DNA from: Felis catus
Taxonomy: Eukaryota
Length of the DNA: 64,000 nt
Direction of reading: 5' to 3'
Assembly: GCF_018350175.1 (NCBI RefSeq)
Contig: NC_058369.1
Span: 25,422,001-25,486,000, forward strand
In this document: positions 37,990 through 50,887 of the stretch, piece after piece
Layout: each line of letters opens with the position of its first letter
Position numbering within the stretch: position 1 is the stretch's first letter
Program-made: the position numbers and the translations under genes
Notes under the pieces: generated by a model
Database searches by the model: none
What the model was told of the DNA's origin: nothing
Seen by the model: the letters and a program-made list of their open reading frames with translations, nothing else

Positions 37990-40900
37990 TTTATTGTTAG
38001 AGAGAGAGAGAGAGGGAGAGCATGTGGGGAGGAGCAGAGGGAAAGAGAGAGAGAGAATCCCAAGTAGGTTCCATGCCCATTGTGGAGCCCTATGTGAGGC
38101 TTGATCTCACAGTAGTGAGATCATGAACTGAGCTGAAATCAAGTCGGATGCTTAACTGACTGAGCCACCCAGGAGTCCCCAAAACAGACTATTATAAACA
38201 CAGGTTACCTCACAGTAACCACAAAGAAAAAATTTCCTGGTAAATACCACAAAAAAAAAAAAAAAAAAAAAAAAAGAAAAAGAAAGGAATCTAAACATAA
38301 CACTAAAGAAAGCCATCATACCACAAGGGAAGAAAGAAAAGAAAAAAAGGAACTGAGAAAATCTAGGAAAACAGGCAGAAAACAATTGCAAAATAGCAAT
38401 AAGTACATACTTACCATTAATTACTTTAAATGCAAATAAACTCTCCAATCCAAAGACATAAAATGGTTGAGTGGATTAAAAAAAAAAAAAAAGACCCACC
38501 TCTAGGCTGCCTACAAGAGATTCAATTTAGAAGTAAGGATACACATAGACTGAAAGTGAAGGGATAGGAAAAGATAGTTCATGCAAATAGAAATGAAAAG
38601 AAAGCTAGTGTAGCTATACTCATACAAGACAAAACAGACTTTAAAACAAAGACCAAGATGGGAATTACATAATTATAAAAGACCAATATGATTATATAAT
38701 GATAAAGGGGTGAATTCAACAAAAAGATACAACACTTATGAATATATCAAGAGTACCAAAATATATAAAGCAAAAATTAATAGATCTAAAGGGAGAAACT
38801 GACAGCATGACAGTAATAGTAGGGCACCTTAACACCCTCACTTACATCAAGAATAGATCAACCAGGCATAAAATCAATACAGAAATATTGGCTTTAATGA
38901 CACATTAGACCAAATGGATTTAGTAGACATATACAGGAAACCCCATCCAAAAGCAGAATATACATTCTTCTCAAATGCACATGGAACATTCACCAGGACA
39001 GATCACAGGTTAAATTCAAGAAGATAGAGATTATATTAAGCATTTTCTCTGACCATCACAGTATAAAACTAGAAGTTGATTACAAAAAAAAAAAAAAACA
39101 AAAAACCCTGGAAAAACAACAAAAATGTGGAGATAAACAACATGCTACTAAACAACTAATGATTCATCAAAGAAATCAAAGAAATAAAAAAAAATACATA
39201 GAGACAAATGAAAACAGAAATATGACATACCAAAATCAATGGGGTGCAGCAAAAGTGGTTCTAAGAGGGAAGATCACAGCAATATAAGCCTACCTCAAGA
39301 AATAAGAAAAACCTCAAACAATCTAACTTTACACCTGAAGGAGTTAGAAAAAAGAGAATAAATGAAGGCCAAAGTTAGTAGAAGAAAGAAAATGACAAAG
39401 ATCAAAGTGGAAATAAATCGAATTGAGACTAAAACATAAATAAATAAATTAAAAAGATCAGTGAAACTAAGGGGTGGTTCTTTGAAAAGATAAATAAAAT
39501 TGACAAACCTTTAGCTAGACTAACCAAGAAAAGAAGAAAGAGGGCTCAAATAAGCGAAGTTACAACTAAAGTTATAATTATACTACAAATAATTATATGC
39601 AAATGAACTGGACAACCTAGAAGAAATGGAAAAATTCCCCAAAATATATAGCCTTCCAAGATTGAATTATGAAGAAATAGAAAATCTGTATAGACTGATT
39701 ACTAGCAAGGAGATTGAAACAATAACAAAATCAACTCCCAACAGGGGCACCTGGGTGGCTCAGTTGATTGAGTGTCCAACTCTTGATCTCTGCTCTGGTC
39801 ATGACCTCATGGTTTGTGAGATCTAGCCCCCCATCTGGCTCTGTGCTGACAGCATGGAGCTTGCTTGGGATTCTGTGTCTCTCCTTCTCTCTCTGTCTCT
39901 CTCCTATTTGCTCACTCTTGTTCTCTCTCTCTCAAAATAAATAAATAAACATTAAGGGGTGCCTGGGTGGCTCAGTTGGTTAAGCGTCTGACTTCAGCTC
40001 AGGTCATGATCTCGTGGTTTGTTGGTTTGAGCCCTGCATCGGGATCTGTGCTGACAGCTGAGAGCCTGGAGCCTGCTTCAGATTCTGTGTCTCCCTCTTT
40101 CTCTGCCCCTCCCCCCACCATGCTCTGTCTCTGTCTCTCAAAAATGAATAAATGTTTCAAAAATTACTTTAAATAAATAAACATTTAAAAGACTCCCAAA
40201 AAACAAAAGTCCAGGGCCAGACAGCTTCATTGGTAAATTTTACCAAACATTCGAAGAAGACGTAATACCTATCCCTTCTCAAACTCCTCCTTCAAAACAC
40301 TGAAGAGAAGAAAACACTTCCAAACTGATTTTATGAGGGCAGCATTACCCTGATACCAAAACCAGACAAGTACACAACAAAAAAAGAAAATTATAGGTCA
40401 ATATCCTTAATGAACATAGATGCAAAAATACTCAACAAAATATAGCAAACCAAATTCAACAATACATTAAAAGAATCATACACCATGATCAAGTGGGATT
40501 TATTCCAGAGATCCAAGGATGATTCAACATCCACAAATTGATCAAGATGATATGCCACATTAACAAAATTAAGGATAAAAATCACATGATCATCTCAATA
40601 GATGCAGAAAAAGCATTTAACAAAATTTAACATCCATTTATGATAAAAACTCAATAAAACGGGTACAGAGGGAACACACCTCAACACAATAAAGGTCATA
40701 TATGATAAACTCACAGCTAACATACTCAAATGGTGAAAAGCCAAAAGCTTTTCCTCTAAGATCATGAACAAGACAAAGATGTCCACTCTTCACACATTTA
40801 TTCAACATAATACTGGAAGTTCTAGCCACAGAAATTCGGTAAGAAAAAGAAATAAAAGGCATCCAAAATAGAAAGGAAGAAGCAAAATTGTCACTATTTG

Positions 40901-41507
40901 CAGATACTTTATATAGAAAATTCTAAAGACTTTGTTGGAACTGAGAAAGACCATTAGACCTAATAAATACAGTAGAATTTCAGGATACATTATCAATCTA
41001 CAGAAATCAGTAGCATGTCAATACACTAATGAACTATCAGAAAGAGAACTGAAGAAAACAATCCCATTTACAATTGCATCAAAAGAATAAAATATCTAGG
41101 AAGAAATTTCATCAAGGAGGTGAAAGATCTGTACACTGAAAACTGTAAGACACTGATGCAGGAAACTGAAGACCCAAATAAATGGAAAGATATTCTGTGC
41201 TCATGGATTGGAGGAATCAATATTCCTCCAAGGCAATCAACAGACTGAATGCAATCCCTTTCAAAATGCCAATGACATTTTTCACAGAACTGTAAGTACT
41301 AATTCAAAAATTTTTATGGAATCACAAAAGATCCTGAATAGCCGGATCTTGAGAAAGAACAACAAAGCTGAAGGTATTATGCTCCTTGACTTCAAACTAG
41401 ATTACAAAGCTTTAGTAATCAAAATAGTATGGTACTGGCATAAAGACAGACACACAGATCAATACAACAGAATACAGAGCCCAGAAATACATATACAGAG
41501 CCCAGAA

Positions 41508-41554
<47 letters not shown>

Positions 41555-43205
41555 TTATGACAAAGGGGGAAGAATGCACAATGGAGAAAGGACAGTCTCT
41601 TCAATAAATGGTGCTGGGAAAACTGGACAGCCACATCCAAAAAAAAAAAAAAAAAAAAGAAAAGAAACTAGATCACTATCTTACACTATACACAAAAATT
41701 AACTCAAAATGGATTAAAGACTTGTATGTAATACCTGAAACCATAGAGCTCCTGGAAGAAAACATAGGTGGTAAGCTTCTTGAATCAGTCTTAGCTATAT
41801 TTTTGTGGATAAGACTCCAAAGCATAAGGGAAACAAAAGCAAAAATAAATGGGACTGTATCAAACAACACAGTTTATACACAGTGAAAGAAACCATCATC
41901 AAAATGTAAAAACAACCTACTGAATGGGAGAAGATATTTGCAAATCACATATCTGACAAGGAGTTCATATCCAAAATATATGAAAATTGCATACAACTTA
42001 ACAACAAAAAGCAAACAACTTGATTTTAAAATGGGATCTGAATGGACATTTTTCCAAAGAAGAAATACAGATGGCCAACAGGCAAGTGAAAAGATATTCA
42101 ACATCACTGATTATTAGGGGAATGTAAATCAAAACCACAGTAAGGTATTACCTCACACTAGTTAGATTCATTATGATAAAAAAAAAAAAAGACAAGAAAT
42201 AAGTGTTAAGAGATTGTGGGGAAAAGGGAATTCTTGTACCCTGTTGGTGAAATATAAATTGGTCTGAGCATTATGGAAAATAGTATAGAGATTCCTCAAA
42301 ACATTAAGAATAGAATTACAATACAATCCAGCTATTTCACTTGTGGTATTTAATCCAAAGATTATGAAAACTCTCATTTGAAATGATATATGCACCCCAA
42401 TGTTCACAGCAATATTATCCACAATAGCCAAGATATGGAAAAACCTAAATGTCAGTTGATGCATAAATGGATAAAGAAGACGTGGTCTATATATACAATA
42501 GAATACTACTCAGACATAAAAAAAAATAATAAAATATTGTCATTTGTGACATGGTTGGACCTGGAGGGTATTATGTTAAGTGAAATAAGTCAGAAAGAGA
42601 AAGACAAAAACAGTACAATTTCACTCCTATGTGGAATCTAAAAATAAACAAAACAAAAACAAACTCATAGACACAAACCACAACAGATTGGTGGTTACCA
42701 GAAGGGAAGGGGGTTTGTCAGTGGTGAAATGGATGAAGGGGGTCAAATATATGCTGATGGATGGTAACTAGATTTTTGGAAGTGATCACTTTGTAATGAA
42801 TGCAGATGCTGAATTATAATATTGTACATCTAAAAATTATATAATGTTATATACCAATCTTACCTCAAAATATCAGAAACAAAAACAAAGAACAATGGCA
42901 ATAAATAAAAAAACAGTAACACATATGATAGATATTAATCCATCTATGTCAATAATCCACTTTAAATGTCAATGGTTTCAGTACATCAATTAAAAGACAT
43001 AGACTATCAGAGTACAATCAAAAAATAAGACCTAACTCAGGGTGCCCGGGTGGCTCACTCAGTTAAGTATCAGACTTAGGCTCAGGTCATGATCTCACAG
43101 TTTGTGAGTTTGAGCCCCGTGTCAGGCTCTGTGCTGACAGCTCAATCCTAGAGCCTGCTTTGGACTCTGTCTCCCTCTCTCTGTCCCTCCTCCACTCGCA
43201 CTCTG

Positions 43206-43239
<34 letters not shown>

Positions 43240-46200
43240 AAAAATAGACATTAAAATTTTTTTTTAAATATTAAAAAAATAAGACCTAACTATGTGTGGT
43301 CTACAAAAAAACCCCATTTTAACTATGAAAACAGAGAGTCAAAGAAAAGGGATGGAGAAAGATATAGCGTGCTAATGTTAATCAAAATAAAGCTGGAGTA
43401 GCTATATTAATTTCAGAAAAAGAAGACTTCAGAGCAAGGAAAATTATCAGGGATAAAGAGGGTCATTACATAATGATAAAGGGATCAATTCTCCAAAAGA
43501 CCCAATGTTGTTAATGTGTATGTGCCTAACAAAAGAATGTCCAAATATATGAGATAAAACCTGATAGACAAAGAAAAATAGATCAATCTGTTACTAAAAT
43601 AGTAGTGGACAGATCCAGCAGCAGAAAATAGTAAAGACAGAGTTGAAATAACAGTACCATTATTCAACTAAATGCAATTGACATCTATACAATACTTTAT
43701 CAAACAACATCAAAATACACATTCTTCTCAGCCTCATACGGAACATTCACCAAGACAGAACACATTCTGGGTCATAAAACACACTTTAACAAATTTAAAA
43801 GAGGAGAAATCATACAAAGTATTCTCTCTGACTACAATAGAATTAAACCAGAAATCAGTAACAGAGAGATAGCTAGGAAACCCCCAAACACTTGGCAATT
43901 AAACACACTTCTAAGTAATGTATGGCTCAAAGAAGTTTCAAGAGAAATAAAAAAATATTTTGAATGAAATAAAAATGAAAACACAACTTATTCAGATTTT
44001 TGGAATGCAGCAAAAGTAATGCTCAGAGGGAAATTTAGAACACTGAATTCATTTATTAGAAAAGAAGATAAATTTAAAATCAATCATTTGGGTTTCCACC
44101 TTAAGACACTAGAAAAAGAAGATCAAATTAAATCCAAAGTAAGCAGAAGTGAAGAAATAATAAAAATCAGAGAAGAAATTTATGAAATTAAAACAAGTCA
44201 ATAGGAAAAAAAATCAATAAAACTAAAATCTGGTTCTTTGAAAAGATCAATAAAATTGATTAACCTCTAGCCAGGATAACTAAGGAAAAAAGTGAGAAGA
44301 CACAAATTGCACATATCAGAAATGAAAGAAGGGCCATCATTACTAATTCCATTGACATAAAAAGATAATAAAGGAATATTATGAACTGTATCTCTTCAAA
44401 TTTGATAACCTACCCAAAATGGATCAATTCTTTGGAAAATACAATCTGCCAAAATTCACAGAAGGAGAAACAGATAATCTGAATAGACCTTGTGTTAGTG
44501 TACTCATGCTGCCTTAACAAAGTACCATACACTGGATTGCATAAATAATGCAAATTTATTTTCTCAGAGTTCTGGAGTCTAGAAGTTTGGATCAGGGTTC
44601 TGGCTGATTTGGTTTCTGATGAGACCTCTTCCTAGCTTGTAGACAAGTGACCTTCTTACTTTGTCCTCACATGGCCTTTCTTCTGTGTGCATATGGACAG
44701 AGAGAGTACTTTGGTATCTCGCTTTTTAAAGGGACATTAATTCTGTCAGATTAGGACCATACCTTTATGACTTTATTTAACCTGAATTACTTCCTTAGAG
44801 GTCTCATCTCCAAATATAGCCACAATGGAAGTTAGTGCATCAACATATGAATTTGAGGGAAACACAACTATTCAGTCCATAACTATATCTATTAAAGAAA
44901 TTGAATCGATAATTAAATTGATAACCTTCCAAAACAGAAACCACCACATTAAAATGGGTTCTGGAGAATTCTACCAAACTTATAGGAAGAAATTATACCA
45001 ATTCTTTGCAATCTCTTCCAGAAAATAGCAGAAGGAATACTTTCCTAATTACTCTATGAAGCTAATATTACCCTAATACCAAAATTACACAGATAAAAGA
45101 AAACTACAGACCAATATCTCTCAAGAACATGGATACAAAAATTCTCAACAAGATACTGGCAAGTTGAATCAAACAATGTATAAAAAGAATAACACACCAC
45201 AACAAAGTGGTATTTGTTTCAGGAATGTAAAGCTGTTTCAACATTAAAAAAATCAATAAATATAATCTATCATATAGATAAACTACAGAAGAAAAAGCAC
45301 ATGATCATATCAGTAGATGCAGAAAAGGCATTTGACAAAATCCAATACCCTTTAATGATAAAAATTCTCAGCACACTTAGAGGGGAACGTCCTCAACTTG
45401 ATAAAGAACATTTACAAAAAAAACCTACGGCTAACATCATACTTAAAAATAAGAAACTAGAAACTTTCCCACTAAGATCAGTAAAAAAAAAAGGATGTCC
45501 CTTTTCATCATTTCTTGTCAATATCATACTGAAAGTCCTGTCTAATGCAATAAGAAAAAAAGATGTATTGCCTTTGTTTGTGGGTAACATGATTATCTAC
45601 ATAGAAAATCCAAAAATCTGAAAGAATTGACAACAAACTCCTAGAACTAATATGCAATTATATTAGCAAGGTTGCAGGATACAATGTTAATATACAAAAA
45701 TCACTTTCATATAGATCATCAACAAGTGGAATTTGAAATTAAAAACACAATGCCATTTGCATTGGCACTCAAAAAGTGAAATACTTAGATATAAATTGAA
45801 CAAATCATGTACAAGATCTATGTGAGAAAAACTATGACAATGTGATGAAAGAAATCAAAGAACTAAATAAATGGAGAGATATTCCATGTTCATGAATAGG
45901 AAGAATCAATATTGTCAAGGTGTCAGTTCTTCCCAATTTGATCTATAGTTTTAATGCAATATCACGCAAAATCCAAGCAAGTTATTTTGCGTATAATTGA
46001 TGGAGTTATTCTAACATTTATACAGAGGGGCAAAAGACCAAGAATATCCAACACAATATTGAAGGAGAAGAACACAACTGGAAAACTGACATCACTGGAC
46101 TTCAAGGCTTACTATAAAGCTACAGTAATCAAAATAGGATGGTGTGGGTAAAAAAATAAATAGACAAATCAATGGAACAGAATTTTGTGAATACCGACAA

Positions 46201-48024
46201 ACTGATTTTCTATAAAGTTCACTTTATATGAAGAGACACAAGACTCAGAATAGCCAAAACAATATTTAAGAACAAAGCCTAGGACTGACACTACCTGACT
46301 TCAAGACTTAGTATAAGGCTAATTAAGTCAATACTACAAAAAAAAAACAAATAGATCAGTGATACGGAATAAAGAATTTAAAAATACACCCATAAATAGA
46401 ACCACCTGATCTTTGACAAAAAGCAAGGGCAGTACAATGGAACAAAGACAGTCTTTTCAACAAATGGTGCTGGAACAGCTGGATGTCCACCTGCAAAAAT
46501 AATAATAATGATAATAATAATAATAATAAATCTAGACAGAGACCCTTCACAAAAATTAACTCAAAATGAATCATAGACATAAATGTAAAATGCAAAACTA
46601 TAAAATTCCTAGAAGATTACATAGTAGAAAATCTAGGTGACCTTAGGTATGGCAATGATTTTTTTATATATAACACCATGAACCATGAAAGAAAGAAGCT
46701 GGACTTCATTAAAATTTAAAACTTCTGCTCTGCCAAAGACACTGTCAAAAGGAGAAGGCAAGCCACAGACTGAGAGAGAATATTTGCAAAAGGCATACCT
46801 GATGAAGGACTGTCATCCAACTCAACACTAAAAAATGAACAATCAAACTGATTCAAAAGTGGCCAAAAGACCTAACAGATACCTTACCGAAGAAGATATA
46901 AGGATAGCAAATAAGCATACAAAACATTAACAGCATCATGTGTCGTTAGCAAATTGTAAATTGAAATGAGAGAACAATACATATCTATTAGAATGGTCAA
47001 AATCCAGAATGCTGACAAGACCAAATGCTGGCAAGGATCTGGAGCAACAGGAACTCTTACTCATTGCTGGTGGAATGCAAAATGGTGCAACTACTTTGGA
47101 AGAGAGTTTCTTAAAAACTAAACATACTCTTACCACATGACTCAGCAGTCTTCGGTAATTAAATGAGTTGAAAACTTATGTATATACAAAAACGTACACA
47201 CAAATGTTTATAATTTTATGGTTAATATTCAAAACTTGGAAGTAATCAAAATGTCTTTCAGTAGGTGAATAAACTGTGGTACATCCAGAGAATGGAATAT
47301 TATTTTGTGCTAAAAAGAAAGAAGCTATCAAGTCATGCAAAAACATGGAAGGGCCTTAAGTGCATATTATTAAGTGAAAGAAATCAATTTGAAAAAGCTC
47401 TAGTTCTTTTTTTTTTTAAGTAATCTCTACACCCAATGTGGGCCTTGAACTCAAAACCCCAAGGGTAAGAGTTGCATGTCCTACCAATTGAGCCAGCCAG
47501 GCACCCTGAAAAGACCTCTATTTCTTGACCTGGTTGGTGGTTACACAGACTTCTGCTTTATAAGAATTCATTGAACTGTACGTGAATATTTTGTCGACTT
47601 TTACGTGTGACTCACATTTTAAAAATCTAATAAATATCCAAACACCAATACTATTATAGAGAAATGTACAAGTAAAATCATGACTTAAGCAGAGCAAAAA
47701 CATGGTATCTTTCTGTGAGAAACCATCCTCATAGATTAGTTTCCCCATGCAAGTTTTTAAAATAAATAAATTAAGATAAAGCAAGTAACTTACAGAAGAA
47801 GATTGGCACATAATAAAAAGGAAAACAGAAGCTTGTCCTTCTCAAATAGTGACCGGCATATATTACAATATAAGTTGTATGTGAAGTGGTCATTTAAATA
47901 TCGTAGGCGCTTTTCCAAAATTTTGGATTTGTTACTGAAAGGTTGAAAAACAGGCAAATATACTGTCAAACAAAACTAAGAAAAAATAAGTAACAGATGA
48001 ACTAACATATAAGTAGCCATTGTT

Positions 48025-48069
<45 letters not shown>

Positions 48070-49269
48070 TGCATATAAAATGGTGAAATCTGAGGAAGTT
48101 CTGTGAATTTCCTGGTTGTGATATTGTACTATAATAATGTAAAACTGTTACCACAGGAGACACTGAGTGAAGGATATATATGGGGCCTCCCTGTGTAGTT
48201 TTGTGTGTGTGCAACTTCTTCTAAATTTATATGTAAAAGACAGGGTATAAGACTATGAGAAAATAAAATAGGGTTTATACCATCTCTCTATTTTCAAAAT
48301 TCTGAACTTATTATATTCCAAAATGACTGAAAATAATCACTAAATTAAGATATTTGCTGAATCTCTATTGGTGTGAATTTTTTTCTGGGTAGGGGACTAT
48401 AAGAGATAAAGAATTATGAAATATTTACCTGTCCCAAAGAAGCATCAAATCTAGATCAAGATGTATACATTTAAAAAAAAAAGATGAAAAGTCAGAAAAC
48501 ATATGAACAAAAGGTTACTTCCAGATGTGGTTATGGCTAATATCTGTCTTCTTTATGCTCTTATATGTTCAAAATTTTGCAATAATCACATATTACTTTC
48601 ATTTTTTTAGTCCAAAAATTTTATCAGTAATATTTAAAAGACACTCCTTCTGGGGAAGTTTGGGCAGCTACATACATACATACATACATACATACATACA
48701 TACATACATACGCAAGCAAGCAAGCAAACAAGCAATTACCACATGACCCAGCAACTGCACTCCTGGGCATTTATCCTAGAAATGAAAACTTATGCTCACA
48801 TAAAAACCTGTACATGTTATTCATAAGAGCAAAAAATTGGAAATAACCCAGATGTCCTGTAGTACATCGATACCATGAAATATTTCTCAGCAATAAAAAG
48901 GAACAAACTACTGACACACACAACAACCTGAATGAGTCCCCAGAGAATTAAGCCGGGTGAATAAAAGCCAATCCTTAAAAGTTATGTGCTATATGATCCC
49001 ATTTATATGACATTCTTGAAATGACAAAATTACAGAAACGGAGAATGGATTAATCTCAAAGATTAAGGAGAGGGTGGGGATGGGAAAGAAGTGGGTGTGG
49101 CTATAAAAGGGCAGCATGGGAATCCTTGTGGTAATAGTGGTGTTCCCTATCTTGACTGTATCAACAGCAATGTCCTGGTTGTAATCATTGTAGAAGTTTT
49201 CAAGATGTCACCATTGAGGAAACTGGGTAGAGAATACACAGGATTGCTCTATTTTCTTTTTCTTTCTTT

Positions 49270-49336
<67 letters not shown>

Positions 49337-50843
49337 CTTTCTTTCTATTCTCTACACCCAACGCCTGGCTCAAACTCACAACCCCAAGATCAAGAGTTGC
49401 ATGCTCCACCAACTGAGCCAGCCAGGCACCCCCACTGTATAATTTCTTATAACTACATGTGAATCTACATTTATCTCAAAATTAATTTTAATTTTAAATT
49501 TTAGTTTAATTTTTAAAAAGCAATCCTTTGATCCATGGAAAGGTGAGAGAAGAGTAGGGGATAGTGACACTTCTCTGAGCAGAACTTTTAGTTCAGGATT
49601 TACTTCTGGAGTCATATTAATGGATTATGTGCTCAAAAATATAATAAAATTAAAATCAACAAGGGTGAAGGGAAAACTCTAAAATGAAATTTAAAAAAAA
49701 TCCAAACCTACAACAAATGAACCTAACTGTATTTCACATCAATAACATTGCCATGCTGAAGGAGGAAAAATTAACACAAGTAATTTTTTGAATATAGTTT
49801 TTTATGTCTAAAAACAAAAAGACTGTAATTTTCTGTGTGGACATCTGCATCCAATTCTCTTCAGTATATACCTAAGAATCACTGGATTTGCTGATTACTA
49901 GATCATATGGCAAATCTATGTTTAATATTTTCAAGAATGTCCTCAATATTTCCAAAGTGGCAGCACTAATTTACATTCCTGCCAGCAGTGTATGAGGGTT
50001 CTGATGACTCTGCATCCTTGCTGACACTTGTTATCGACATTTATGTCAATTCCTCAACTTGGATTTTCTCCATCGTGTGGATGGTGTAAGTTCAAATTCC
50101 AAATTCCAACTGGTAATCTTAGGGATTTCAGTCACTCCAGCGAGACTGTTCTACCAAGAGCCCACGTAGACCATATATGGTAGGCTCAAATCATATTTTT
50201 ATTCTACTTAACAAATACAGTAGTTACTAAGTACCAGATGCTGCGATAAACACTTCACAAATATTAAATTCTTATAACAATTCTAAAAGGTAGGTATGAT
50301 TATTATCTCTATTTTATAGATAAAAAAAATTTGAGGCAATTACAGAAAGGTTAACTGACTTGACTGTACTAATGTAGCTAGTATGTGGCAGAACTGAGAT
50401 TTCACCCCCTACTCCAGTCTGACTTTAAAACCTGTGTATGTTTATTAATTGATTAAAGTGAAAATATCTAGCAAACAATTAGAAATGTGGGCCTGGGAGC
50501 ACCTGGGTGGCTCAGCCAGTTGAGTGACTTGATTTCAGCTCAGGTTATGATCCCAGGGTCATGGGATGGAGCCCAGGTTATGATCCCAGGGTCATGTGGG
50601 GACTCCATGCTGAGTGTGGAGACTGCTTGGGATTCCCTCTCTCTTTTTTTCTCTCTCTCTCCCTCTGCCCCTCTCGCCCGCTTGCACACACTCTCTCAAC
50701 AAATAAAAAAAAAATTTAAGGGGCGCCTGGGTGGCTCACCTGGTTGAGCATCTTCAGCTCAGGTCATGATCTCATGGCTTGTGAGTTTGAGCCCCGCATC
50801 AGGTTCTGTGCTGACAGCTCAGAGCCTGGAGCCTGCTTCAGAT

Positions 50844-50887
<44 letters not shown>

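Noticed and set aside
37440..47400. Active LINE-1
   Set aside because: ORF2 is broken by stops, frameshifts and nested insertions; no intact 5'UTR.
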